DNA of 64,000 nucleotides from Podarcis melisellensis (taxonomy: Eukaryota): assembly GCA_964234715.1 (NCBI GenBank), contig OZ174292.1; one strand, 5' to 3'. Of this stretch, positions 29,401 to 43,109 are shown one piece after another (positions within the stretch are counted from its first letter, which is position 1; each line of letters starts with the position of its first letter). The notes below the pieces were generated by a model. It ran no database searches and was not told the origin of the DNA. It saw only the letters and a program-made list of their open reading frames with translations. A program made the translations under genes and the position numbers.

Positions 29401-32400
29401 TAATATTTATGGTGGTACTAACTTGGGTAGAAAACGTTTTACATGTTTTGCTGTTTTCCTTTCCTTCTGAAAGGAAAAGTATAGTTCAGACATAAAAACG
29501 AATAAATGACAGAGCAAAGTGTGTTTGTTGCTGTGTCTTTCCTCCAAAGGCCCACACAGGAGGTGGGGTGTTGATCAGGTATCCTAAAGAGATACTTTTC
29601 ATCCTAGCAGAGAGAAAAAGTAAAACTCATCTGTTTTGTGTTGGGTTTAAATTAAAGCAGCTTGTTGAACTATCTAGCGTGCTCAAGGTTATTGCAGGCT
29701 TGGTGAGTCTTGCAGGATATTCTCAGCAGCCCATCAACCACCATAAAAAATCTACAGGTCTTGGCTATTTCCCCAGGAAATTAGGAGCGGTTCTGTCCAG
29801 TTGCTTGGCTGTAAATGATCGTTTCTTTGCTTAAATGTACACAGCTACTCAGATGTTCAAAGCATAGTTCTGAGGGCAAGTGGTTCATCCTTAATACTTT
29901 GCAAGCCCTATGAAGTGAATTGATCCTGGCCACTCTTAGTGAACAGAGGTGTAGAAACTCAGCGCTGAACAGGGGGCTAGATCCCGGACCTAGGACTGGC
30001 TCACCAATTGCTTTGCTGGCTTTTATTCCAGTAAATTTATAATGAGCTCAATGACTTGTTACCAACATATTCAGTGGAAGGGCTGAAATCCTTCCAGCAT
30101 TGGGGATTTGATTGTTGGGCAGATTATGGGATGCCTCACAGGCAACACTGGGTGTTGCTTTTGGCTTGTGCCAGGCAATTAGAATTCCTAGCGTGGCACG
30201 GTGGCTAGACTAGTACATTCCAATGTGGAAGTACTCACTCAAGTTAACACAACTGTTTAAAATATGGTACTCTTTGGGCAAGTATTGACTTAATCTGTTT
30301 GCAGGATACTTTTATTCAGAGCTCTTCAGAGCAGTGGTTTTCAGACTTCCTTTCTCCAGGGCATCCTTTCTACATCATTTGTCTGAGGAGATCCAGTGTG
30401 CTATGGAAGATTCTAGGGTACATACTAGGCAAGGGTGGGCTTGTGGGATCTACTCTTACTTTTTTACTGAAACCCAGTAGTCTGCCAATCAGAGCTCAGG
30501 TTCAGAGTAGCAGCTAGTGAGCAGTTGGAGTTTGATACATAATAGTGACTCAGTGGGTGAAGCAAATTGTCTACTACACCCTGTGAGTCATTCACTGGGA
30601 CAGCTTGCATTGTCTGCCTCTGAGTTACAACAGATCAGGGGTTCTGACACACTACTCTAATACTGTCCTGGCAGAGCTGCACAAAGACTTATTTAAAAGC
30701 AACCAGTTAATACATGTATGTTGTATTATTATTTATTTGATTTCTTACATTCCCTTCACTATAAGGTCCCAGTGCAGATCACAGCAATGTAAAAATATAG
30801 TATTAAAGCCAGTTAAAACAGCTCTAGGTAAAAGAACACAGAGGCTGAGAGAGATTTCCAGCCATGCCAATGATACTTTTACTTGCAGTTTTGCTTACTA
30901 TAGTTGTTGATGATGATGATTATATTAAAATGCTGGGTGGCTTCCAACAAATGAAAACACAGTAAGTCATCAAACATTAAAAACTTTCCTATACATGGCT
31001 GCCTTCAGATGTCTTCTAAAAGTTTGTTGTTTATTATAGTGAAAACTACTGGAAATCAGAAAACTGCTGATGTACCGTAAATGGTTCAGATCTACTAGTA
31101 GACACCTAGCTATGTGTTTGCACAGAGATCATAGGCCTATTAGGTTTCCTCGTTGCTATTGAAGCATGCTTTGTCTGGCTGTCCATTGCAGGAAAAACTG
31201 GAAGTAATGGACAAGCTGCCTTTCAAAGTAGCTTGTCTACCACTGTTCATCACTTTTCATCAGGGAAAGCGTCTGAAAAACTCCAGAACTCCCTGCAACA
31301 CTAAATGAAAACCACTACTTTAGAGAGAGGATAGGATGCAAATGTAACTAAATAACATAAACATTTTTTATTGTTGCCCAATTGGAAAAGCCAAGCCTTG
31401 GAGCTTCCTTCAGGATAAAGGAATGTCGTCATCCTAGAGCCAAATGTCTTGAGGACAAATTATCCCACCAAGAGGCAGACGAGCATCAGTACTGCCATTT
31501 CAACCCATAACCTCATTTACATTTTCATTTTGTGACTTTCTGGTTAGCCAGGCAGTAGCAAAGAACTGGCTCCAAAACATTTTGCTTGTAGCTCTGGTGG
31601 AGTCACCTGTGAGACTGGTGTGACTTCATCAGGTGGGGAGCTGCCCCTTCAGGCAAACTGAGAGTGTGTCATTAGTGTGAAATGCAAGACGGACTGAGTA
31701 ACTGAGTGGTTGTTTGCAAATAGGAGTAAAGGTGGTTGGAAACAACTAGCTGCAAGCAGAGTTGTGGCCTGCACAAATCAGTGTAGCTTTGTTCAGGAGA
31801 CTCCTTTTTCATCCTATTAAGTTTCACTAGATCTGCGGCTGCTTTGTAAGTTGCAGGCGTGGATACCTGAGGGTTGCCACCAATGTACTCTGGCTCCTGC
31901 CTGCATCTTTTCAGGGGGTTCTTGTGAATGCTATAAGCAGCTATAAGCTGATGGGTTTCACTGCCATGTACTGTAGCATTATATATTTATGAGGGACCTC
32001 ATAGACATCTATAAGCAATGTTTTTGCGGTAAAGAGAAGGAGCTCCTTTCCTGTTTTTATTTCGGGCAATACCCGTTCATCTGTCAGTGAGTATTGGACT
32101 GCTACACAGAGTTCCTTTCCTGATTTTACCTGCTGCTGCAGAGCGCTAGTCATGGCATGTTGAAAATTCTGCTTTACAGGTTTATCACTTGTATCTAGCA
32201 TTCTCTAGATTTAATTTTGGGTACACTAAGTGTCAATGGGTGCTTTAGGGTTGCTTATCGGTGAGAATGGTTCATTGCTTAACATTGATCACACGGTGGA
32301 ATTTTGCAATCATGAGCCAGGCTGCTATTTCAGAGGCAATCAAAGTCCATGTCTAACAGTAATGCTGTAGGTGGGAATCTTCAGACCCCATCATCCTCCA

Positions 32401-32504
32401 CTGGGCCCTCCAAGCTGCTAACTTTGGAAGCAGGCCTTTCCTCCCCTGCTGATTGCCACGAGGGCTAGAATCTTAAGCCATTGCACCAAATCTCTTGAAC
32501 ATAA

Positions 32505-32864
<360 letters not shown>

Positions 32865-33937
32865 TAAAATGGTAAAAAGTCCCCACGTGCACAAGTCTTG
32901 TTCTGTTAACAACCTGACAGCAAAGTGCCTTGCAGCAGTCCATGTTTATGGCATGAGCTGCTGTGGGCAAGGGTTTGTGTGGACCACGATAATGTATCGA
33001 GGATGTGATCACAGAGACAAAGGAGGAGCTGCAATGCATTGTAATGGTGGTGAGGAGGAAAGTATGTTGTCCTTCCCTTTCCGCCCCTGTCCCTTCCTTC
33101 CCACCTGCCCATTTGCCTCCTCTGCCCTCTTCCCCTTCCCAACTCTCTGCTAACTTTCCTTTCCCCTCCTTTACCTTCTCCACTGAGCTCAGGGCAAAGG
33201 TTGGCTGAATAGGGGGAGACTGATGCAAATGAAGTTATCATTAACTGAAGATTATTAAATTAATTAAACTGATGATCATTACATTCTCATTATCTGGTGT
33301 ATGTGAGTTACGTTGCCAAAAGGGCACCCAGTGGGAAGGTATCAGCTGGCTTGGGGAAATTCCAAAGTTAGAAGTAAAAAAAGAAAAAGTATTGTTCCCC
33401 AGCCCAATGAGGACTAAGCATGTTCAGTGGCCAGCAAATACCAATTGACTGGGGAATGTGGGTGGTTGAAATGTAGTACAGCATTGTGAAAGAGGATATG
33501 ACTGGCTGGCTAGAACTCTTAAAGAGGAGTGATCCACATTACAACATTTGTTTCCTATCTGTTAGGAGAACCAAGTTTGAAACAGGGAAGTGTCTTCCTT
33601 GAAGCTGGCAATAAGTTCCAGGAGTCTTGGCTCCAAGTTTATCACAACCAGATTCCATATAGGACTGGCTTCTGTGTTATGACTTGTGCAGAAGGGAGAA
33701 TCTCTAGCAAGTGATCCTTTTTTCTCGTGGTTCTACTGCCAGTTTGTCCTCCCACATAGCTCTTTAGTGGCTGAAGAGCCTTGTTTTGTAAAAAGTGGCA
33801 ACAGGATACGCTTTCTGGAATTCCCAACCAGACTGGAGAGCCACAGACTACAGGAAGGAATGCTTTGCCTCCCTTTGTCCCTGCTTAGTTTTGGTGCGGG
33901 GAAAAAGGTTGTGCATTTCATGACTATTTCCTTCATC

Positions 33938-34035
33938 TAGGGTTGCCATATTTCAAAAATAAAATTCCTGACACTCGCAAAGTTGTTGAACTTTTCTTAG
34001 GAAGACCCCAAAATCCCTGACGTATGGCAAGCCTA
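33938..34035. mobile_element. hAT (Blackjack-like) MITE
   Basis: TAGGGTTGCCATA...TATGGCAAGCCTA termini; TSD CCTTCATC/ACTTCATC. Confidence 0.8.
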
Positions 34036-35072
34036 ACTTCATCTTTCTTAGCTTTGGGGGCAGTGGGAGGCAGAGTATTTTTTTGTTGCTTTTCCATCTA
34101 CCATCCTCCAGACTCAGATTCTGGGAATGCTTTCCTTTCTGTTTCTTTCTACCAATGCTAGATCCTAAGTAAGGAAGAAGGGATGCATTCAAGCTTGGGG
34201 AAAACTTCCTGGTTTTCAGCAGAAGGTGGATTTGCACAGTGCTGGTTGTCTGGCCCCTATGTCAGTCACAAAACCACCTCCGCTAGTAAATTATTTGAGT
34301 TGCTAAACATGCAGAGTACTTTTGAAAATAAAAACAAGATGCCCTACCCATTTGAGCCATGGAAGCGGGCACAAACAGGAAGAAACACTCAGAATTCAGA
34401 ATGGAGGCTGTTCATTTGTCATTAAAGAAGCAAAAGAGGGAAGGGAGTCACTTCACTCAGAAAAGCCCACACCACTTCCTGTTTCAGATACATATGTATG
34501 CACATTGAGATGCACTGCCCCCCCATCCTTGCCCCCCCCCCAGTTGTGTGTGCCTCACAGTTTGGTTTCTTGGAAACAAAACTCAACACTGGGTGTTGCA
34601 AATTGGAATTATGCTTTATGAACGGGAGGTGACTCGAGTAGAGAGTAGGGGCCATCCCATATTCCAAAGGTATCCCCGAGTGCATCTCTTACCTTTCCCT
34701 AGTGTCATATTACAGAAAGCAAAATAGTTGCAATTTGGGAAATCTTGGAGGCCTCAGTAAAGCCTGTCTTCCATCCCTGACACTGGGTGGGCTGGTCTTT
34801 GCTGGCAGGGATAACCCTGTGCATTCCATCTCCATGCCAGGTCTTTTCAATATTTAAACTCTACATCTACATATTCTTTGCATATCTTGATGACAGACCT
34901 TCCATTTTACTTAATATGAACAATGAGTGCACCAGGCAAGCTTGTAGGGAGAGAGCATCCCATAATTAGGGCACTGTCAGGTACTTCTTGTGTGCAGTTG
35001 GACCCAGAGTCAGGTAAGTGACATTGCAGGCTCTGGTGGAAGTCCATTTAGTAGGCCAGGTTGATGCAAATA

Positions 35073-35308
35073 CAGTCGTACCTCAGCTCCCAAACACCTT
35101 GGGAGTGGAATGTTCCAGCTCCTGAACGATCAAAAACCGGAAGTGAGTGTTCTGGTTTTCAAACTTTCTTTTGGAAGCCGAACGTCCGGCGGGGCTTCTG
35201 TGGCTTCTGATTGGCTGCAGGAGCTTCCTGTAGCCAATCAGAAGCCACGTTTTTGGAAGTCAAGCGGACTTCCGGAACTGATTCTATTCGACTTCTGCAG
35301 TACGACTG
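35073..35308. mobile_element. Tigger/pogo-like MITE
   Basis: ta-CAGTCGTAC...GTACGACTG-ta; internal palindrome ttctgattggctgcagg...cctgtagccaatcagaa. Confidence 0.8.
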
Positions 35309-38300
35309 TATTGGGATTGTAGGATCTATATACCATGGGAGGCATATTGTTTGAGTTCAAAGAATCTTGGACTGCAATTATATCACCTTTGTAAACAACT
35401 CTCTGGCAGCATCTTGCTGGACCCTCTTTCCACCTTCTGTGGCCTGAGATGAAGAAGAAGTATCTTGTTGCACTCAAAAGCGTAAAACATTTATGGTATA
35501 TGCTTTTGTAACACTTCATCAGATGCTTGAAGTGTTATATTGAGTTACAGGTGTATATACATATATGATTTAGGGGAATTCTATACAGGGAGGTGAGATG
35601 GAAATGAAATGTAGAAAAATACAGGCAGCGACTTAGCCTCTACCTGAGAAGAAATGGACAAAGAGCACTTTGTTCTTTCTTCTTGCTACAATAGACATGG
35701 CTACCTCTCTCCAAATCCTCTAGAACAGAGTAGTGCAGTTAAACAAAGGCTGATATTGCTAGGTAGCTACGTTTTTGCTTTTTCTCCTGCATCTTGGTTA
35801 TTGTAGATTACCACTGATGTGGCAGCTTTAAAATTTTATTGCCTTTGGCAATTTGGTTAAGCAGGAGTCCCCCCCCCTCCCTCACCCAGTCTGTCTGCCT
35901 TGGTGGTTTGTTTTCCTTTTCCTAACTACTGAACTCTCTGATTTGCTTTTAAACGGTTAGCGTCCTGCTCTTGGTGCATACATGAGCCTTTGTAGTTTGG
36001 AAATTCTCTGCTAGATTGCTTGCTTCAGCTGGGGACATAGAAGCCCAAAGTATCATTCTGTAATTTTTTTCAAACTTCAGCTTCAACTATCAGCAAATGT
36101 ACTGCAACATCCAACATAGTTGCCCTTCTGAGTACTTAGCTGGAGAAATGCAGACTCTGGGGGCATGAAAGAAACAGATAACTACCCCCTTATTAAGACA
36201 GAAGGAGCTTGCCTGAAAATGTATTTGTTTATTTGTTGTGCGGGGGTTTTCTTATACCTTCTGTGTCATTGCTTGGAAATTCGAAGTTAGAGCACTCGCC
36301 TTATCTTCTGTGCCATGTAAATAGCGAACATATTCTACAGTCTCACATACAGTGTTGTGCTTTCACCCACTTCCCTTTGGTCTTTCAGCCCCAATCCTTT
36401 TCTTCTTCTTCTGCAGATTGGGGCAGCAGTGGAGATGGGCTCAGTGGTATGTCCGTGTTTGGAAGCGCTAAACTTTTAATTCTGACTGCCAGCCTCTGTG
36501 CTCTAAAGCTTAAGGAAATATTTGCAAATCTTATGCATGTTTAACCAAAAGTAAAAGCAACAAGTGGAGCTTAACCTTCCCCTTTTGCTTGCTGGCTTGT
36601 GTGCCTTCTCGTGATACAGATATTTGTCCCAATAGTCTACTTCACCCAATTTTAGGTCCCCCTCCATGTGTTCTTCATCTCCCTTGTGACCCCACCCCTC
36701 CCATTTGCAGCCGTCCACTGCTAACATGTACCAATCTTCCCCCTTGTCACCATTCAGTGGCCCAGAACTCTGGTGCTCTGCAACAGGGCTCTGCAACAGG
36801 GCGTAAGCTGTTGTTCTGCAAGAAACAAGGGCACGGGCTGCTTCCCTTGCATTGTGGCATGCCGTGTCAGGAATAGGCATGTGAACTAATTGGGATCTCT
36901 GGCATGATATGTGTATGTTAGACTTATTTTGCTGACCCATACTTATTTTACCCACTCTGGGTCTCTCTTGTCGCTGTCGCTCCACTCAGGTTGGCAGCAA
37001 CCCACATTCTCCTGATTGCCTCTAGAGCCTCCTGCCCCATCATCCCATTGAATCCTGAGATATGGCTATGCTTTTTGTTCTCTTTCTGGGAAGAGAAGCC
37101 TTAGTCTGCCAGGTGGGCACTTCTTTGCCTGCAGATTGCCCTGGGGACTGACCATTGATTCATTAGGAGACTCTTCTGTCATCCTGGTGTCATGTGTCAC
37201 ATCCACCCCACCCCATTCTGTGACATGCAGCCCATCACAACTAACATAGACAATTTCCTGGAACTCAAATGAATACTTATAGGGAATGCAGGTGGTTTTG
37301 TGCAGTTTAGTGGCCATGGCCCCCATGGTATCATGAGCTTTGGTGTTCCCTTGAGCTGCAGAGGAAAAGACTGGGGCTGAAAAACCAAAGGAAAGTGTGG
37401 GGTGCATGGAAGATAAGTCATGAGCTAGCACAATAAGTGGGAGAGTGGGACATATTTACAGCTTACGTGGCGCAGAAGTTAAGGTGGACGCCTTAACTTA
37501 GAATTTCTGTGTGTTTTGATGCATGAGTGAATTTGTAAACATCTCAACTTTTCTTTTCAAACCAGAGGTTTCTCAATTCTGGTAAATTAATTAATAGTCT
37601 GACTGCTTAGGTGTGACATCGATAATATTCAGCGGTGCGTCTTCTGGAATGAAGATTGAGCAGTGGAACCTATTGTGGTATTGCCACTTAAAAATATGAA
37701 AGAATTCATTTACACATTTTAACTATAAAGCATTTTTAATACATTTCTTAAATACAATGTTTGCTTTGGCTCTCTTTTGTCAGGGATCTTAAAGAATGCC
37801 AATGTGAGCGCTGATCACTGACAGGCAAGCTATATATTTAAAACAGCCAACAGTGAGTTCAGCTACTTTTAGCAAATCTCAGCAAAAGTTGGTGTGTTTG
37901 GAATAACCCCCCCCCCCAATCTTTCCTTGAGAACAATAAACCTCATAAGTTTGTGTAGAGCTGACTGCATCTTAAGGCATACATTACAAGGAGAAGTGTG
38001 GCGGTCTTTTGTTTTGGTGCCCATACTTAGCTTTTGTTTAACTGCAACTAGTGTACATGCAGTTTTTAGAGATGGATTCTCATTTGGAAGCAAGTCAGTG
38101 TTTCCACCCTTGCAATTTTGTTCTTTTCTGCTATTGCAGCCTACCCTTGGGGAGAATATTTCAAGTTTTAAAGACCGCTTGCCTGGTAGAACTTGGTGCT
38201 TTTGAATACCTGGTGGCAGCAGGCTCAGTTGAACTACTGCAGTACAAAACAGACATGTATTTCTTGAGCCATTTTGTTCCCCTGCCAAGGTATTCTTTTG

Positions 38301-38911
38301 TGCTCACAGTCCACAGCCACCCACGCCTCAAAGCTAGCCAGACCCATATCTCATTTAACTTCCAAGCAAGGCTGCAGGCAGATATTACCTTCAACAGGAG
38401 TGCTGCACAAGCAGAGGCTGTTTCCCTAAAATAAAAAGTAAAACAGGTTGAGCAAACAAAAATAATAATAAATTTTAAAAAACCCTCTTCCAAATCACTG
38501 GCAAACCATTTACTGGGTGAGAATCCTCTCTGGGAGAGTTCTTGTCTGGAAGGTGACAACCGGCAGGCCCAGCATGAACAAAGCTCTCCAGCAGAGACAA
38601 AGCCTGGGAAACTAAACTGCTCGTTGAATTTGTATCTGTCCACTTCCCTAGAAAATTCATCTTTAAAGCACACATTCCTGAAATAAGCAGGGGATTAAGA
38701 AGTTTGTTTAGTTATCAACGCAAGCTGCATTTAAAGCCCGACTCTCAAGTCATCCTGTCTTGTGACTGTCGAAGGAGGGCATAAACCCTTTATGCACAAT
38801 TAGCTAGCTTCTTTATAGGTCTGGAATCTCAGTAGCAGCAAAACTCAGAATAAAGTCGCTTCCCCAAAGCAGAAGCTTACCTGAACAGCCAACACCCCTG
38901 AAGTGATGCTT

Positions 38912-39000
38912 ATCCAAACCCAGTCTAACCAATGTGCAGACTACTGTACACCTTTATAGCTTCCTGAACAGGTAGTCTGAACACTGGGCAGGCGGGGCTG
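38912..39000 (-). ncRNA. MIR199A1: pre-miR-199a hairpin, antisense in DNM2 intron 14 (5p arm 38988-38966, 3p arm 38947-38926)
   Basis: The reverse complement contains exact CCCAGTGTTCAGACTACCTGTTC (miR-199a-5p) and ACAGTAGTCTGCACATTGGTTA (miR-199-3p) with an 18-nt loop; this is the known location in dynamin introns. Confidence 0.97.
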
Positions 39001-39941
39001 GAATCCAGAAGCTTCTCTTCCATGTAATCCCGTTTTGTTCTCCTTTTGTAGGGTTTGTTAAGTAGAGCAGTTCCAGGGGAAAAAACCTACTTTGTCTCCT
39101 CTGACGTGGCAAAGTCTGCGGCTGAATCCAGTCTGGAAAATGGTTGGGGCTGTTCAGGAAATCATAGAGGGGGGGCGGGTGTGAGGTTTGTGGCCTCTGT
39201 ATAAAGGAAAACGTCACTTTTGGGATTCTGCGTGTGCATGGAGGGAGGGAGGCAGGCAGGCAGGCAGCATCTGGAGCTATAAACAATTCCAGATGTGGGG
39301 TTTTTGCAGAGAGGCTGCTCTGTGTGACTCATATGGGGGCCCCTCACCACTGCTAGCCTGCAACTTGTTAAAGAAAGCAGGGTTCTACAGCAAAAAGATT
39401 GAGGGAGCCTGCTTTTTGCTTTTTCAAGTCTATTCGATGCTACCTCTTCCTTCCCAAAGTCCTGTATGGTGGATGTGGGGTTGCAATAGATTTCCACTGG
39501 CAAAGCCCTGTCCCTTTTCTAGTAAATGTTTGAACGACAGAACTCTAACATTTATACACTCAAAACAAGCAAGAACTGATTGCAGTAAGTGGCAGTAGCA
39601 AGAGCCTTATAAAAAAGAGACTAGCTCTGACTTTTAAATAACATTTCTAATGTTATTTAATGATGGAATGAAGCATGCTGGGTTAACATACTTGTGGATG
39701 GAATCCCTTATTAAGGGTTTATATGAGCACAGTGTGTGAACTTTGAACCAGACTCTTTAGGCCTCAATTAGAAGCTTGAAGCCTGGTGTGGGCATGCCAA
39801 ATCTAAAACAGTTTACATTTAATCATTGTTTTGGATGTCAGCAAATATTGTAAGATCAGATTTTCTTACTGGTCTATTGAATGCCAGAACAAACCAACAT
39901 GTATGACGTTTTGGGCTTTTCACCCTTCTTTATCCTCATAG

Positions 39942-40052
<111 letters not shown>

Positions 40053-40159
40053 TAAGAGAAGTATGTCTCAGTGCTTTCTGATTCATGAGAAGCCATTTTA
40101 GGACCTTAGGCTGAATTCAGATCTGGTAAAATTGCTGTGCTGATCTGTCCTAAACCCCT

Positions 40160-40802
40160 AGCCTGCCTGGCCACAAGTCAGTATGTCAAGTCTGAAGTTC
40201 AATCCAAGCAAGGAAAGTCCGAGGTCCAAAGGTTAAGAAACGCAGTCCAGGGTCAATCCAAGTAGGCCAAGTCTGAAGTCCAGCAGTCAAGATACTGTCC
40301 AGGGTCAAACCCAAAGCTCGATTCAGGAGCATCCAAGCCAAGGTCTACCAACACAGGCAGCTGGGCAGACACAGCACCTCAGCTCTGATTCCCTTTTGTT
40401 CTTTGCATGTTGATTGCAGCTTGATGAGGCATGTGATCCTCACCTGTTCTAAGCCTACTCCAGCTGAGGAATCACACACCTCCCAGAGCTTGTGAGCCTC
40501 ACCTTGCCAGCTAGTGAGCTGGGCTGTGAGCCCTTGGCTGCCTCAGCCTCATAGAGTGCCCCTCCTACTGCTCCCTATGCCTCAGAACCTGTCGTGTTCA
40601 GGGAAACAGGGGTCCCTCTGGCTCTGGTGATGGGTCCTGCTGCACTGCTTTCTGTGCACTGACCCCCATCCCCTTGCCATCCTTCATCACTCTATGAGTA
40701 CTTTCTTCCCCATCCCCTGCTTGCCCTGGTGTGTCGCAGTCCTGGCTACACCCATCACTGAGATCCTCTTTCTCCTCCCCATCATCCTGCCAGTTCATGA
40801 CA
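40160..40802 (-). mobile_element. Possible degenerate solo LTR (Gypsy-like)
   Basis: Minus strand starts TGTCATG; repeated gtccagggtcaa units; left boundary unclear. Confidence 0.35.
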
Positions 40803-40843
40803 TGATCACACAGAAGGAGAGAGACTTTGTATGTTTCATAAAA

Positions 40844-40879
<36 letters not shown>
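40844..40879. repeat. (CT)n microsatellite
   Basis: Direct inspection. Confidence 0.9.
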
Positions 40880-41891
40880 GACACACATGAGAAGTGTGCT
40901 GCGTGTTCTGTCCAGGCTTAGCAAGTCCTGAGGTTTCATGTACACCAGAGGTTGATGGTACTTGGGTGAATTGCTTGTTGCACACGTCCTATTCAGAAAG
41001 ACTTGATCTTGACACAGAAAGTATTGACTGACACTTTCTGCACTGTTGTCAGTTATCTTTAACGTCTTTGCTCATTGCCTGCTAAGTATTCAAGCTTAAA
41101 GAGTTTGACTTTACTCTCCTGTTCACATTATGTGATGGGGTTGGAGCTGCCTGAGCTAGGATTTTTCAAGGGACTGGATCGCGGCGGAAAGACTTGGCTC
41201 TTTAAAAGACAATATTGTAAAGTATCTTCCTTGTCTTGGCTCAGTGTGTGATTTGTCAAAAAATCTCCTTAAGAAAATATATGGCAGGCATCTCTTACTA
41301 GGTCCAGCAGAAAGGTAAAGCAAGGGAGATGAGGAGTAGCAAAGTGATGAAGGTCTTGAGCACGGTTAGGGAGTCCTGGGCCCACAGACAACAATAGGCC
41401 TGTTGGGCCTCCTAATTTGACCGGCAAGGCTGTTTCTTCCTAGACACACCCACCTGCCACTCACCTGGTGTCACGTGTGGGATAGTAAAGTCATGCTTGC
41501 AAAGGAATAGGCAGTCTTAGAGTGCCCTCTTGAGTGTTCTGTTTTCAAGCACAGCATGCATGTGGTGCTGCTGAAACTTAGTGCTGCCCACAGTTTTGGC
41601 CAGGGCTCAGAACTACAACTGTCAAATGTCACTAGCAGAGGATTGGCCACAATTGTATCTGGCCTGCTAGCCAAAGTGGTTCCCCATGTCTGCTTCGGAG
41701 TGTATGCCAAGACATTTAAGTGGAAGCAAAAAGCCAATGGAGACCATACTTCACTCTGTACATGCAACTATTATGGGCACCATTTGGCTAAGTAGAGTAG
41801 CACTCTATTCCATCTGTTGGGTGTTCCTACAGTCTCACATTCTATTGTGGCAATAGAGATTAGAACTTCAAGGTACTTGGAAAATAAAGGA

Positions 41892-41918
41892 ATATATATA
41901 TATATATATATATATATA
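41892..41918. repeat. (AT)n microsatellite
   Basis: Direct inspection. Confidence 0.9.
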
Positions 41919-42021
41919 ACCATCCTATTACAGGATTCCTGTTGCCTGATGTGGACTTTCTTTCACTAACCCAATGACATTTGTCCTTCTTCCACACCTC
42001 TCTTTTCTCCTGCACCCCTAA

Positions 42022-42267
<246 letters not shown>

Positions 42268-42944
42268 TAGAGGTTCCACCATACCTTTGATTGGCGGTAG
42301 TTTGCTGTCCAAAATCTTGGTAGGGTTTTCTTAGAAAGAGAGAAAGTTGGTAGAAACTTCAGCTGTCTTCCACCCATACCCACCTCCTGAAGTTGTGTGG
42401 ATAAGGCAGTGCCATTCTAGATGTGGAAGGTAGTATCTGTGTAAGAGCTGTGAAGGATTCAAGAGGATGAGCCCAAAGCCCAATGAGCAAAGCAGGAATC
42501 CCTTTGTGCTTCTCCCAAAGCTATACAGGAAACGGTCATCTCCAAAGACTTGTGAGGGTAGCTGGGCATGCTCAGCCTAGGGAAGAGAAAGCTGATGCAA
42601 AGCACAAATTTTGAGGTTCTGGGTCAGGTGTGCAAGAGGCTGCTGTGATTTTAGCTGTATCAGCAAGAGCAAACCATACAGTGCAAGAATTAAACCCAAA
42701 AATAAGGAAATAATTATTCATTGCCAGCGGAGGGTAGGGAGAGAACACTTCGAATTCTCATTAAAATGCCAGTCAGCTAATAAGCACTGCAGATCTGGGT
42801 TAGTCCAAACTAAACCCATGCTATGATTACTGGGATATTTGGGAATGCAGAGATCCAATAATGACTTGAGGGCCTGAACTGGTACTCTCCCTGTGCTGAT
42901 TCTTCCATAGGTCACCTAATGCTGTCCAATTTTCTTCTGTACAG

Positions 42945-43109
42945 GCGGAGAATGAAGAGGGATCCCAGGAAAACACCTTTTCCATGGATCCTCAGCTAGA
43001 GCGCCAAGTGGAAACTATCCGCAATCTTGTTGATTCATATGTTGGGATCATCAACAAGTCGATCCGGGATCTTATGCCAAAGACAATAATGCACCTAATG
43101 ATAAACAAT
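42945..43109 (+). CDS. DNM2: DNM2 exon 17 ([55 protein letters not shown])
   Basis: gtacag|...|gtgagt, 165 nt, start of GED. Confidence 0.97.

Noticed and set aside
31452-31481. Reads RTNYPTKRQT, reminiscent of the DNM3 10-aa insert GTNLPPSRQI in the equivalent intron
   Set aside because: No in-frame AG acceptor, pyrimidine tract or GT donor; most likely chance.
37186-37230. Short hairpin with tgtcatgtgtc resembling miR-214 flanks
   Set aside because: No miR-214 mature or seed sequence, and the stem is too short for a pre-miRNA.
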